The notes beneath the pieces were generated by a model. It did no database searches, was not told where the DNA came from, and worked only from the letters and a program-made list of their open reading frames with translations. A DNA stretch of 56,090 bases. Origin: Eubacteriales bacterium. Its GTDB lineage: Bacteria > Bacillota > Clostridia > Oscillospirales > QAKW01. Shown piece after piece: positions 24,263 to 34,405 of the stretch. Numbering within the stretch: the first letter of the stretch is position 1; each line of letters opens with the position of its first letter. The position numbers and the translations under genes are program-made. Location: the NCBI GenBank assembly GCA_045612565.1, contig JAZKZG010000040.1:1-56090 (forward strand). Reading direction: 5' to 3'.

Positions 24263-25657
24263 ATGCAACCCGAAATCATTTTATTAGTATCAGCCATCGT
24301 GCTTGTTCTGGTATCGTTCATTGTATGGATATGTTCAAGATACAGAAAATGCCCGTCTGACAAGATTATGGTAGTATACGGTTCTATCGGTAAAAACAAA
24401 GACGGTACAAACCGCAGTGCAAAGTGTATTCACGGCGGTGCCGAGTTTGTTATCCCCGTGTTCCAATCATATGCTTACCTCGATCTTACACCTATATCAA
24501 TTCAGGTGGACTTAAAGAGCGCACTTTCAAAGCAAAATATCCGTATTGACGTACCCTCACGTTTTACCGTTGGCATCTCAACAGAACCCGGTGTTATGCA
24601 AAACGCTGCAGAACGTCTTTTGGGACTTCAGCTTTCTGAAATACAGGAACTTTCAAAAGATATCATCTTCGGTCAGCTTCGTCTTATTATCGCAACAATG
24701 GATATTGAAGAAATCAATACCAACCGCGACAAATTCCTTGCCGCTGTAAGCGATAACGTTGAAACTGAACTTAAAAAGATTGGTCTTAGGCTCATTAACG
24801 TTAACGTTACCGATATCAGTGACGAATCGGGCTACATCGCAGCTCTTGGTAAAGAGGCGGCTGCAAAAGCTATAAACGATGCTAAAAAGAGCGTTGCCGA
24901 GCAGGATAGAGAAGGTTCTATCGGTGAGGCGAACGCTAAAAAGGAACAGAGAATTGAAGTTGCAAAGGCAGATTCACTTGCTATTGAAGGTGAAAATGAG
25001 GCAAAGATGAAAATTGCCATGTCAGAGGCTGCTCTTAAAGAAAAAGAAGCTGAGGCATTAAAGATTGCAACTACTGCCGAAAAAACACAGGCTGCTAAAG
25101 CCCTTGAAGAATCATACGCCGCTGAACAGGCTGCCGAAAAAGCAAGACGCGATAAAGAACAGGCAACTCTTGAGGCTGACGTTATCGTAAGAGCCGAGGC
25201 TAAAAAGCGTGAGATGGAACTCGCCGCCGAGGCTGAGGCTGAGCAGATCCGCCGCAAAGCAAAGGGTGAAGCTGACGCTATCTATGCAAAGATGGAAGCT
25301 GAAGCTCGCGGTGTTGAAGAAATACTTAAAAAACAGGCATCAGGTTTTGCAGAAATTGTAAAATCAGCAAACGGCGACGCAGAAGCTGCACTCAAACTTC
25401 TTATTGCCGACAAGCTCGAAGAACTTATGCGTGTTCAGGTTGATGCAATCAAGAATATTAAGATTGATAAAGTCACAGTATGGGATGGCGGTCAGAACGG
25501 TGACGGAAAGACCTCTACTGCAAACTTTATCTCGGGTATGATGAAGTCGGTACCTCCGCTTAACGAGGTGTTCTCGATGGCGGGTATGTCTCTCCCTTCA
25601 ATCCTCGGTCAGAAAACACCCGAGACCGAAACCGTAACTGATGTGACAGAACAGTAA
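24263..25657 (+). CDS. Flotillin-family (SPFH/band 7) protein
   Basis: N-terminal TM, RY.KCPSDKIMVVYG, SPFH domain (IIFGQLRL.IATM.IEEIN..RDKF) and an Ala/Glu-rich coiled coil (AEAEAEQIRRKAKGEADA). Confidence 0.93.
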   Translation: MQPEIILLVSAIVLVLVSFIVWICSRYRKCPSDKIMVVYGSIGKNKDGTNRSAKCIHGGAEFVIPVFQSYAYLDLTPISIQVDLKSALSKQNIRIDVPSRFTVGISTEPGVMQNAAERLLGLQLSEIQELSKDIIFGQLRLIIATMDIEEINTNRDKFLAAVSDNVETELKKIGLRLINVNVTDISDESGYIAALGKEAAAKAINDAKKSVAEQDREGSIGEANAKKEQRIEVAKADSLAIEGENEAKMKIAMSEAALKEKEAEALKIATTAEKTQAAKALEESYAAEQAAEKARRDKEQATLEADVIVRAEAKKREMELAAEAEAEQIRRKAKGEADAIYAKMEAEARGVEEILKKQASGFAEIVKSANGDAEAALKLLIADKLEELMRVQVDAIKNIKIDKVTVWDGGQNGDGKTSTANFISGMMKSVPPLNEVFSMAGMSLPSILGQKTPETETVTDVTEQ

Positions 25658-25658
25658 T

Positions 25659-26477
25659 ATGATTAAAGGTAAAGTCAACTCGAAAGAGGGATTTTTTACA
25701 CTTGCCGTAATTCTTTCAACTATGGTTATGTTTAATTTCTATGGTCTGGAAGGAGTATTGATTAGCGTAATTGTACTGCTCAGCGCGGCGTGTCTTATAT
25801 ATTTTGCCTGGTTTTATAAAAACGGACCGAAAAGCATTTTTGATAAGATTTATCTTTCGCTGTATATAGCAATATATATTTCAAACCTATTTTTGCAACG
25901 AAAAACTGTTATTCTGATTTATACCGTTTACTTTCTGGTGGCGATCGGTTATGGAATATACAAGTTTTTTGCAAATAAAGACACGTTTAATGACGAAGTT
26001 ATCTTTTATCTTGCAATATTTTGTGGTTTGTATTCCGTGACCGGCAGATATGTGTTTTTGAACGGTGACAACAAGTTAAAAATTATATCAATCATAATAG
26101 CGGCAGCAGTTGCAGTAATTCTGGCAGTCTTGTTGTTTATAAAAAAGATTGAATTTGAACGTCCTAAATTTTCAAACAAGGCACTATTAATTCTGATTGC
26201 TGTAATTGCAACTGCATTTGTGACTATCGTAACCGTTAAAAACTTAAATTATTGTCTTGACAGTTCAAAACCCGAAACGTATAGCGCAACAGTGCTATCA
26301 AAAGACGAAATCCGCAGGACAAGAGGCGCAGATCGTTATTACCTTATGCTTGAAATAAACGATAAGATATACAGATTTAAGGTGACAAGTTCCGAATATC
26401 GCAGTGTCGATATCAGCGACAATGTAGATGTATATCTCTTTGACGGCGCATTGTCACAACCTTATTTTATCAAATAA
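25659..26477 (+). CDS. Hypothetical multi-pass membrane protein
   Basis: About 7 hydrophobic helices and a C-terminal soluble beta-rich tail; starts 1 nt after the flotillin stop. Confidence 0.65.
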   Translation: MIKGKVNSKEGFFTLAVILSTMVMFNFYGLEGVLISVIVLLSAACLIYFAWFYKNGPKSIFDKIYLSLYIAIYISNLFLQRKTVILIYTVYFLVAIGYGIYKFFANKDTFNDEVIFYLAIFCGLYSVTGRYVFLNGDNKLKIISIIIAAAVAVILAVLLFIKKIEFERPKFSNKALLILIAVIATAFVTIVTVKNLNYCLDSSKPETYSATVLSKDEIRRTRGADRYYLMLEINDKIYRFKVTSSEYRSVDISDNVDVYLFDGALSQPYFIK

Positions 26478-26479
26478 AT

Positions 26480-26516
26480 ATGTGCAGAATCATTCGATTC
26501 TGCACATTAACTTTTT
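26480..26516 (+). terminator. Terminator of the DUF1836-flotillin operon
   Basis: ATGTGCAGAATC-attc-GATTCTGCACAT followed by an AT/T tract. Confidence 0.75.
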
Positions 26517-26525
26517 AAATGGTTA

Positions 26526-26553
26526 TTGACATTATGCAAAATGAGTTTATAAT
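26526..26553 (+). promoter_or_regulatory. Sigma-A promoter for the MFS gene
   Basis: TTGACA-16-TATAAT consensus. Confidence 0.75.
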
Positions 26554-26578
26554 TTGTTTTAGAGTAAGAAGGTGTAGT

Positions 26579-27844
26579 ATGAAACTGAAACAAATTACAG
26601 ATACAAAACGCGCAAGTCTTATATTATTTATTACAAGCTGGATACTTTATGCTGTAGTTTCGATGACAAAAAGCGCGTACTCCGCGTCAATTGCCTCAAT
26701 TATTGCCGAAGGTGTTTTTGATAAGTCGCAGGCGGGCATAATCAATGCGAGTTTTTACTTTTTCTACGGTACAGCACAACTCGTAGGTGCAAAGCTTGTT
26801 GATAAAGTTCAACCGTCAAAACTTGTTAACATGACGCTTATAGGTACGGCTATCTCGGTACTGGGAATGGCGTTTTCGAAAAGTTTTGTAATGATGTTTG
26901 TGCTGTGGAGTTTTTGCGGTCTTATTCAGTTTGCGATCTGGCCTGCAATTTTGCGTATAATAACCGAGTTTTTGCATCCCAGCCATACTTTCTCGGCAAT
27001 GAGTGCGATATCGTTTTGCTACTGCGGGGGTATGCTTCTTAACTATCTGTTCGCGTCGGTTGTACTTGCTTTTTCTCGTTGGCAGACACTTTTTATATTA
27101 ACATTTATAATCCTTTCGCTTACGTTTGTGATGTGGCGAATTGTAGTAGTAAAGACAAAAACCGCATGTGTGAAACTTCATTATGAGTATCAAAAGCATC
27201 TTTATGACGATAAGGATACATCACAGCAAGAAAAAACGCACAGTTTTTCAAAAATACTTGTATCAAGCGGACTTTTATTACTGCTTATCCCGTCGTTTAT
27301 GCGCACCGCACTTGATAACGGTGTAAAAGCATGGGTGCCGACAATGATTACCGAAAGTTATGTGGGAATATCACCCAGTTTCGCCAGTATACTCACAACC
27401 GCAATTGTTTTTGTTAACCTTGGCGGTATATTTATTGCGGGTATTCTTTATCCAAAAATCACAAAGAACTCGTTTTTTGCATCGGGACTTTGTTTTTTAA
27501 TAGCGGTGCCGTTTACGGTGGCACTACTCCTTATCGGCAAGATCTCGGTAGCACCTATTGTTATATTTCTTGCAATCATCACAACTATGATGTATGCCGG
27601 ACATCAGCTTATTGACGTGGTTATTCCCGCGCACTTTGCAAAGTACGGCTTTTCGGGATCGGTTGCATCAATTGTAAATGCAATCGCGTCATACGGCGCG
27701 GTTGTTGCCAATATCCTGTTTGGTGTTGTGGCGCAAAACTACGGCTGGAATGTGACCATTGTATTTTGGATAGTGTTTGCTATTATCGCGTTTGTTTTGT
27801 GCGCGGTTGCATCGCCTATATGGAAAAGATTTTCAAAAGAATAA
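26579..27844 (+). CDS. MFS transporter (OPA/GlpT-UhpT-like)
   Basis: 12 TM helices; ..SQAGIINASFYFFYG..Q, WSFCGLIQFAIWP and GSVASIVNAIASYG motifs. Start moved to ATG 26579 (AAGGTG SD, downstream of the promoter). Confidence 0.85.
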   Translation: MKLKQITDTKRASLILFITSWILYAVVSMTKSAYSASIASIIAEGVFDKSQAGIINASFYFFYGTAQLVGAKLVDKVQPSKLVNMTLIGTAISVLGMAFSKSFVMMFVLWSFCGLIQFAIWPAILRIITEFLHPSHTFSAMSAISFCYCGGMLLNYLFASVVLAFSRWQTLFILTFIILSLTFVMWRIVVVKTKTACVKLHYEYQKHLYDDKDTSQQEKTHSFSKILVSSGLLLLLIPSFMRTALDNGVKAWVPTMITESYVGISPSFASILTTAIVFVNLGGIFIAGILYPKITKNSFFASGLCFLIAVPFTVALLLIGKISVAPIVIFLAIITTMMYAGHQLIDVVIPAHFAKYGFSGSVASIVNAIASYGAVVANILFGVVAQNYGWNVTIVFWIVFAIIAFVLCAVASPIWKRFSKE

Positions 27845-27869
27845 AAAAAGCGGTCATTGACCGCTTTTT
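27845..27869. terminator. Bidirectional terminator overlapping the stop of the convergent gene
   Basis: AAAAAGCGGTC-att-GACCGCTTTTT. Confidence 0.75.
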
Positions 27870-29413
27870 AAATTTTCTATAATTTTTTCTGCACAGCGCA
27901 TTCCGTCAACGGCGGCAGACGTAATTCCGCCTGCATATCCTGCGCCTTCACCAGATGGGTACAGACCGTAAATTCCGAGCGCCTGATAACTTTGGTCACG
28001 TATTATGCGAACGGGTGACGAACTTCTCGTTTCGGGAAAGGTGAGCAGTGCATCCGCTGATGCAAAGCCATCTATTTTTTTGTTAAATTCGGGCAGTGCA
28101 TCTTTTATGCTGTCTACAATAAACTTCGGTAAAACGTTATTTATATCACAGTGTACTGTGTTGGGCAAAACTGTCGGCAAAACTTTTGTTTTGTCATAAT
28201 CTTTTTGCAAAAGGTCGCCCACATAACAGCAGGGGACTTTACCGCCGCCCACATCGTAAGCCTTTTTTTCGATGCTTTGCTGCAGGAGTATACCCTCTAA
28301 AATGTTGTCGCCGTCAAGGTCAGATGGTTTTACTTCAACCAAAAGTGCGCTGTTTGCGTTTTTGCCGTCGCGTTTTGAATAACTCATACCGTTTACTGCA
28401 ATCATATTCTGCTCACTTGATGCGTTTACTACAACGCCGCCGGGACACATACAAAACGTGTAAACCGCGCGTCCGTTTTGTAGATGTGATACCAACTTAT
28501 AGTCAGCAGCCCCCAGCGCTTTATGGTTTGAAAATTCGCCGTAGAGAGCCTTGTTTATGTCCTCTTGCAGATGCTCGATTCTCGCACCCATCGCAAACGA
28601 TTTTCGCTCGAAAATTATATTGTTGTCATAAAGCATTTTGTATGTGTCACGAGCCGAGTGTCCGATAGCAAGAATCAGATGTGAACAGGGGATTTTCGTG
28701 CCGTTTACCATGACCGATTTTATTACCGTGTCAAATTCTATATTTTCAACCTTTGCGCCGAAATTAACTTCACCGCCGAGGGAAATAATCTCTTTACGTA
28801 TATTTTTTACAACGTCAATTAATATATCAGTGCCGATGTGTGGCTTTGCCTCGTACAAAATTTTGGGGTCGGCACCAAATTCGCAAAATGTTTCGAGTAT
28901 AGTACGGCAACGCACGTCCTTTATGCCTGTATTGAGTTTGCCGTCAGAAAAAGTACCCGCACCGCCTTCGCCGAACTGTACGTTAGACTCGGGGTTAAGA
29001 GCCTCTCCCTTCCAAAAGCGTTCAACGTCTGCCTTGCGGGTGTCGGCATCCTGTCCGCGCTCAAAAACGATTGGTTTTAATCCCGCACGTGCAAGTGTAA
29101 GCGCCGCAAACATACCCGCAGGTCCAAAGCCCACAACAACAGGGCGCACATCACTTTCGCATTTTTGCCACACATATTTTTTCTTTGTGTAAACCTGCGC
29201 TTTTTTACACTGTTTTAATGCTGATTTTTCGTCTTTGACCTCGGCTAAAAACGAACAGCAAAAAACTATGTTATTTTTGTGCCTTGCATCTACCGATTTT
29301 TTGTAAAGAGTTGCAAAGACTATTCCTTTAATTTTGGTGTACTGCGACAAAATCGCCTTTGCGTCACCAAAATCGGTATCAAGAGGCAAATTAAGATTGT
29401 TTATTATAAGCAT
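27854..29413 (-). CDS. Uncharacterised FAD-dependent oxidoreductase (COG2509 type)
   Basis: VVGFGPAGMFAA, SNVQFGEGGAGTFSDGKL, PHIGTD, LAIGHSARD, YTFCMCPGG, ETRSSSPVRI and GEGAGYAGGI.SAAVDG motifs. Confidence 0.9.
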   Translation of the reverse strand: MLIINNLNLPLDTDFGDAKAILSQYTKIKGIVFATLYKKSVDARHKNNIVFCCSFLAEVKDEKSALKQCKKAQVYTKKKYVWQKCESDVRPVVVGFGPAGMFAALTLARAGLKPIVFERGQDADTRKADVERFWKGEALNPESNVQFGEGGAGTFSDGKLNTGIKDVRCRTILETFCEFGADPKILYEAKPHIGTDILIDVVKNIRKEIISLGGEVNFGAKVENIEFDTVIKSVMVNGTKIPCSHLILAIGHSARDTYKMLYDNNIIFERKSFAMGARIEHLQEDINKALYGEFSNHKALGAADYKLVSHLQNGRAVYTFCMCPGGVVVNASSEQNMIAVNGMSYSKRDGKNANSALLVEVKPSDLDGDNILEGILLQQSIEKKAYDVGGGKVPCCYVGDLLQKDYDKTKVLPTVLPNTVHCDINNVLPKFIVDSIKDALPEFNKKIDGFASADALLTFPETRSSSPVRIIRDQSYQALGIYGLYPSGEGAGYAGGITSAAVDGMRCAEKIIENLKSGQ

Positions 29414-30618
29414 TTTAAAACTCCGTCACCTGCAACAGCACCGCTCGACCACGCCCATTGTAGATTATAGCCGCCGCAGTCTCCGTCTACATCAATAATT
29501 TCACCCGCAAAAAACATACCTTTGTATTTTTTGCTCTCGAGGTCACGCGAAAGTTCGGTTTCTTTAACACCGCCGCAACAAACCTGAGCGTTGTTAAAGC
29601 CTGTGTTACCCGTAACTGAAAATTCAAAATGTTTTATTTTGTCTGCAATCACAGTAATGTCTTTTTCGGTTAAATCTGCAACATTTTGTGAAAGTTTAAA
29701 TCCGCAGTCCTTTAAAATAACCTGTCCCAAGCGTTTGTTTAAAAACCCGGTGAGATAGTTTTCCAAGGAGCGTTTGCAGAGCAATTCTTTTCGTGATTTT
29801 AATAACAAAACAAGAGTGTCTTTTTGCATTTTAGGTACAAGGTCGAGAGAAATTTTTGTGCCGGGCAGTGCATTGCGCGAAATCTGTAGAATAGGCGGAC
29901 CTGAAAGACCGTAATCGGTAAAAAGGACTTCACCGAATTCTGTGCGTTTACAACTGTTGCCTTGTATAAGCGACGCATTGCAGTCTATCTTTATGCCTTT
30001 TAATTGCTTTGTGATTTCGGTGTTTGTTTTAAGTTGTACAATAGCGGGGGAAAGGGGTGCACACTTTATTCCAAGACGCTGTGCAATCGATAAAACATCA
30101 CCTGTTGAACCTACCGACTTGCCACCCGCCACGAGACCGCCCGTGACGATTACTGTTTTTGCAAAAAACATTTCGTCAGTTGTTTTAATTGCATAGCCGT
30201 CTTGCTGTTTAATGTCTTTTACGGCACAGTTTGTCTTTATTTCAATATTGTTTTCTTCGCAAAAAAACCTGAAGGCATCAACAACGCTCGATGCCTGATA
30301 TGACATTGGGTATGCACGTCCATCGTCCTCAAAAACAATTTCGATGCCGATTTTTTTAAACATTTCTACCGAATCGTCAACAAAAAAACGTTCAAACACC
30401 GAGCCTATGAAGTCCGCACTCGCACCATGATAGTTTTTGAGTGTTGCGAACCTGTTTGTAATATTACATCTGCCGTTGCCTGTAGTAATGAGTTTTTTAC
30501 AGGCGCGGTCAAGTGCCTCAAATACCACAATTTGTATGTCGGGGCGGTTTTGCTTTAAGTAGACAGCCGAAAACAGCCCTGCGGCACCGCCGCCGATTAT
30601 TGCAACATCATATTTCAT
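29404..30618 (-). CDS. HI0933/YhiN/BaiN-family flavoprotein
   Basis: IIGGGAAGL, KKL.TTGNGRCNITN, GRAYP, GEVLFTDYGLSGP, AQVCCGGV and FFAGEIIDVDGDCGGYNLQWAWSSG motifs. Confidence 0.92.
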   Translation of the reverse strand: MKYDVAIIGGGAAGLFSAVYLKQNRPDIQIVVFEALDRACKKLITTGNGRCNITNRFATLKNYHGASADFIGSVFERFFVDDSVEMFKKIGIEIVFEDDGRAYPMSYQASSVVDAFRFFCEENNIEIKTNCAVKDIKQQDGYAIKTTDEMFFAKTVIVTGGLVAGGKSVGSTGDVLSIAQRLGIKCAPLSPAIVQLKTNTEITKQLKGIKIDCNASLIQGNSCKRTEFGEVLFTDYGLSGPPILQISRNALPGTKISLDLVPKMQKDTLVLLLKSRKELLCKRSLENYLTGFLNKRLGQVILKDCGFKLSQNVADLTEKDITVIADKIKHFEFSVTGNTGFNNAQVCCGGVKETELSRDLESKKYKGMFFAGEIIDVDGDCGGYNLQWAWSSGAVAGDGVLKCL

Positions 30619-30637
30619 AAAAACTCCATTTTAATTA

Positions 30638-30661
30638 ATGCCCTCACTTGCGTGAGGGCAT
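30638..30661 (-). terminator. GNRA-capped hairpin after the ABC permease (terminator or stabiliser)
   Basis: ATGCCCTCAC-gcaa-GTGAGGGCAT on the minus strand; weak U tract. Confidence 0.55.
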
Positions 30662-30665
30662 ATTT

Positions 30666-31649
30666 TTACCGTTCTTCTCTAAAATAATTAAGACCAAGAC
30701 TTGCGGGTGGCTGATATTCTCTCTTTTTACGCATACTTGTGATGATAAGAACAACAAGTGTTACAACATAGGGAATAGCCTTGAAAAGTTCCTGCGCCTC
30801 CATATTAAGTCCGAGGTAGTTGTGCACGATAAGAAGTGCACCGAAAAGGATTGAACCCAGGATACTTACGCTTGGTTTCCATATAACAAATATAACAAGC
30901 GCAATTGCAAGCCAACCGCGGTCGCCGAATGCGTTATTTGACCAGATACCGCTCTGATAGTCCATAACATAGTAAAGACCGCCGAGACCCGCAATAACAC
31001 TACCAACGACTGTGGCAACGTACTTATATTTTGTAACGTTGATACCTGCTGCATCCGCTGTTGCGGGGTTTTCGCCAACTGCACGGAGTTTAAGGCCGAC
31101 GCGTGTGCGGTTTAAAACAAAAGCGCAGATAAGCGATACTGCTATTGCAACATATGCAAGAAAACTGTATGACAAAAATATTTCGCCAAACCAACCGAGT
31201 TTGTTTGCAAACGGTAATGTTTTTGAAAAATAAAGGCTTGTTGTCGAGAGTGCAACCGATGGAACATCAGCACCTGCAAGACGGATAAGCGAACCGCCGA
31301 AAAAATTACCGAGACCAACGCCGAAGGTTGTCATTGCAAGACCGGTAACGTTCTGGTTTGCGCGGAGGGTAACTGTTAAAAAGCAGTATAAAAGACCCAT
31401 AAGTGCAGAACCGAGTATGCACGACAAAAGCGGTATCATAACTGCAAGAAAAGCATTGGCATCTGCGGCAGAAGCAAGTGATTGCTCGTAAAAGAATGCA
31501 CCGATAACGCCCGAGATACTGCCTACGTACATAATACCGGGGATACCTAAGTTAAGGTGACCCGATTTTTCGGTGATGATTTCACCTGTTGAACCGAAAA
31601 TAAGAGGAATACCCTGCAGAATTGCACGGTGGATAAATGTTACAATCAT
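30666..31649 (-). CDS. Nucleoside/purine ABC transporter permease 2 (NupC-like)
   Basis: GEIITEKSG.LNLG, GLKLRAVGENP..ADAAGINV, RGWLAIALVIF and PP.SLG..Y.RE motifs. Confidence 0.9.
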   Translation of the reverse strand: MIVTFIHRAILQGIPLIFGSTGEIITEKSGHLNLGIPGIMYVGSISGVIGAFFYEQSLASAADANAFLAVMIPLLSCILGSALMGLLYCFLTVTLRANQNVTGLAMTTFGVGLGNFFGGSLIRLAGADVPSVALSTTSLYFSKTLPFANKLGWFGEIFLSYSFLAYVAIAVSLICAFVLNRTRVGLKLRAVGENPATADAAGINVTKYKYVATVVGSVIAGLGGLYYVMDYQSGIWSNNAFGDRGWLAIALVIFVIWKPSVSILGSILFGALLIVHNYLGLNMEAQELFKAIPYVVTLVVLIITSMRKKREYQPPASLGLNYFREER

Positions 31650-32752
31650 TTTACTTCCTCCTTTTTACGAAACTTAATCTGATAGTTTATAAAAAACTCA
31701 CTGCCGATTATAAAGAATATAATAATACCTGTGATTATATCTGAAAATGCGTGGTTTAAGTTATAGGTGGTTGAAATCTGTGTTGCGCCCTTTTCTAAAA
31801 AGATTAAAAGGAACGAAGTCAGCACCATATAAAGCGGATTGAATTTTGCAAGCCACGAAACCATAATAGCGGTAAATCCTCTGCCTGCTGCGGTCTCGGA
31901 ATCGACTGTGTGGTTTGTACCTGATACAAGCAAAAATCCTGCGATACCGCAAAGCGCACCCGATATGATCATTGTGCGGATAATAACCTTTTTAACATTG
32001 ATGCCGATGTATTTTGCTGTGTTTTCACTCTCACCTACAACCGAGATTTCATAACCCTGTTTACTGTATTTGAGATACACATACATAAGCGCGGTGATTA
32101 TTGCAACGATTATAACGTTTACAAGGTATTTGTTACCTGCCACGGCGGGAATCCAACCTGCCTCGGTATTTGCGTTGATGACACCGATTTTACCCGAGCC
32201 TTTGGGTACCGACCATATCATTGAAAAATAATTGAGAATCTGAATTGCAATATAGTTCATCATAAGGGTAAAAAGAGTTTCGTTTGTACCCCATTTTGCT
32301 TTGAAAACGGCGGGGAAGAGCGCCCAGATACCGCCTGCCGTAATACTTGCGACAATCATTATAGGAAATAGAAGTACAGGCGGAAGTTTGTCGCCGATAA
32401 GAAGCATACATGCCGCAGTTGCAAGTCCGCCGACAAGCACCTGACCCTCGGCACCGATGTTCCAGAACTTCATTTTAAATGCGGGGGTTACCGCAAGTGA
32501 TACGCAAAGGAGCATTGCAACACCCTGAAGCAGTGTCCAGATTCTTCTTGATGTTCCAAAGTTGCCTTTAATCATTTCGGCATAAACGCCAAACGGATTA
32601 AGACCTGTAAAAGCAAATGTTATAACACCCGATACAATGAGTGCGGCAACAATTGCAATTGCACGTACTGTCCACGATTCCCACCAGAATAGGCTATCAC
32701 GTTTTACGATGTGGAAAAGCGGTTCGGTATTCGATTTTTGTTTTGCACTCAT
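31646..32752 (-). CDS. Nucleoside/purine ABC transporter permease 1 (NupB-like)
   Basis: FWNIGAEGQ, NETLFTLMMNY, GYEISVVGE..NTAKYIGI and GFTAIMVSWLA motifs. Confidence 0.9.
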   Translation of the reverse strand: MSAKQKSNTEPLFHIVKRDSLFWWESWTVRAIAIVAALIVSGVITFAFTGLNPFGVYAEMIKGNFGTSRRIWTLLQGVAMLLCVSLAVTPAFKMKFWNIGAEGQVLVGGLATAACMLLIGDKLPPVLLFPIMIVASITAGGIWALFPAVFKAKWGTNETLFTLMMNYIAIQILNYFSMIWSVPKGSGKIGVINANTEAGWIPAVAGNKYLVNVIIVAIITALMYVYLKYSKQGYEISVVGESENTAKYIGINVKKVIIRTMIISGALCGIAGFLLVSGTNHTVDSETAAGRGFTAIMVSWLAKFNPLYMVLTSFLLIFLEKGATQISTTYNLNHAFSDIITGIIIFFIIGSEFFINYQIKFRKKEEVK

Positions 32753-34287
32753 TACGCTTGTCCTCCCTGGTTGGATTTTGTCATAAGAAGACCGATTTCT
32801 TCTTTGGTTGATGTTCTTCCGTCAACAATACCTGTAACAGCGCCCGAACCGATAACAAGAATTCTGTCGCAAAGTTCGGTTAAAACGTCAAGGTCTTCAC
32901 CTACGAAGATTACGGCAACGCCGCGTTCTTTTTGCTGATTTAAAAGATTGTATATGGTATATGATGAGTTGATATCAAGTCCGCGCACGGGATAAGCCGC
33001 CATAAGAACTGTGGGTGACGATGCAATCTCGCGTCCTACAAGTACCTTCTGAACATTACCGCCCGAAAGACGACGCACAGGGGTTGATGCACCCGGAGTT
33101 ACAACCTCAAGGTCGCGGATTATCTTTTCTGCAAGGTCGTGAGGTGCTTTTCTTTCGAGGAACATTGATTTACCGCGTCTGTAGGAACGGAGCATCATAT
33201 TGTCGGTTATATCCATATTACCTACAAGACCCATACCGAGTCGGTCTTCGGGAACAAACGAAAGACGCACACCGAGTTCACGTATCTGCATTGGTGTTTT
33301 GTTTCGGAGGTCATCTTGGCTGTTTGTTTTTGGATTATTATAAATAATTTCGCCGTCAGAGAGTTTTTGAAGACCGGCAATTGCCTCTAAAAGTTCACGC
33401 TGACCGCTGCCTGCAATACCCGCAATACCGAGTATTTCGCCCGAACGTGCTTCAAATGATATATCTTTTAATACCTGTACACCTTCGCGGTTAAAGCAGT
33501 TTAAGTTTTTAACATCGAGGCGGACTTCAGGGTCTTTCGGCTCACTTCTTTCGATATTGAGTGAAATCTTTTTACCAACCATCATTTCGGTGAGTTCCGA
33601 TTCACTTGTTTGGGCAGTATTAACGGTGCCTATGTATTCACCTTTGCGAAGAACAGATACACGGTCTGAAAGTGCAAGTACCTCGTGCATTTTGTGGGTG
33701 ATTATGATGATTGATTTGCCATCATCACGCATACGGCGCAAAACTTTAAACAGCTTTTGTGTTTCTTGCGGAGTTAGAACCGCAGTCGGCTCGTCAAGAA
33801 TGAGTATGTCTGCACCGCGATAAAGCACCTTGATTATTTCAACTGTCTGTTTTTCCGAAACCGACATCTGATAAATCTTTTTGAGCGGGTCGATTTCAAA
33901 ACCGTATTTTTCACAGATATCTTTTACCTGTGAACTTGAAGTTTTAAGGTCATATTTACCTTCTTCTTCAAGACCGAGTATTATATTTTCGGTAGCGGAG
34001 AACACGTCAATCAACTTGAAGTGCTGATGAATCATACCGATTTTATGGTCAAATGCATCTTTTGGCGAACGGATAACAACCTCCTCACCGTCAATATAAA
34101 TATGACCGCTGTCGGGGAAATAAATTCCCGAAATCATATTCATAAGCGTGGTTTTTCCGCTACCGTTTTCACCAAGGATCGAAAGAATTTCGCCGCGGTT
34201 AACAGAAAGGTTAACGTCTTTGTTGGCAACTACCGAACCAAAGGTTTTCGTTATGTTTTTTAGTTCAATTGCGGGGGCTTGTGACAC
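32752..34287 (-). CDS. Nucleoside/purine ABC transporter ATP-binding protein (two-domain, NupA-like)
   Basis: GENGSGKTT Walker A, GMIHQHF, ILDEPTAVLT, VPEDR and LSGGNVQK motifs; GTG start. Confidence 0.93.
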   Translation of the reverse strand: MSQAPAIELKNITKTFGSVVANKDVNLSVNRGEILSILGENGSGKTTLMNMISGIYFPDSGHIYIDGEEVVIRSPKDAFDHKIGMIHQHFKLIDVFSATENIILGLEEEGKYDLKTSSSQVKDICEKYGFEIDPLKKIYQMSVSEKQTVEIIKVLYRGADILILDEPTAVLTPQETQKLFKVLRRMRDDGKSIIIITHKMHEVLALSDRVSVLRKGEYIGTVNTAQTSESELTEMMVGKKISLNIERSEPKDPEVRLDVKNLNCFNREGVQVLKDISFEARSGEILGIAGIAGSGQRELLEAIAGLQKLSDGEIIYNNPKTNSQDDLRNKTPMQIRELGVRLSFVPEDRLGMGLVGNMDITDNMMLRSYRRGKSMFLERKAPHDLAEKIIRDLEVVTPGASTPVRRLSGGNVQKVLVGREIASSPTVLMAAYPVRGLDINSSYTIYNLLNQQKERGVAVIFVGEDLDVLTELCDRILVIGSGAVTGIVDGRTSTKEEIGLLMTKSNQGGQA

Positions 34288-34357
34288 TGAAAGGTTACCT
34301 CCTGATATTTTTAATTCTCAAATAAAATATAAAAATTTTATATCTTGCTTCAAAATT

Positions 34358-34392
34358 AAAAAATCGGAGCGGGACGTTTTGTCCCGCCCGAT
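34358..34392 (-). terminator. Internal terminator/stabiliser after the BMP gene
   Basis: ATCGG-GCGGGAC-aaaac-GTCCCGC-T-CCGAT followed by a U tract on the minus strand. Confidence 0.75.
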
Positions 34393-34405
34393 AGATAAAG
34401 GTTTA

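Noticed and set aside
24832-25257. Ala/Ser-rich antisense ORF inside flotillin
   Set aside because: A shadow of the GCT/GAA-rich coiled-coil codons; no SD or independent signal.
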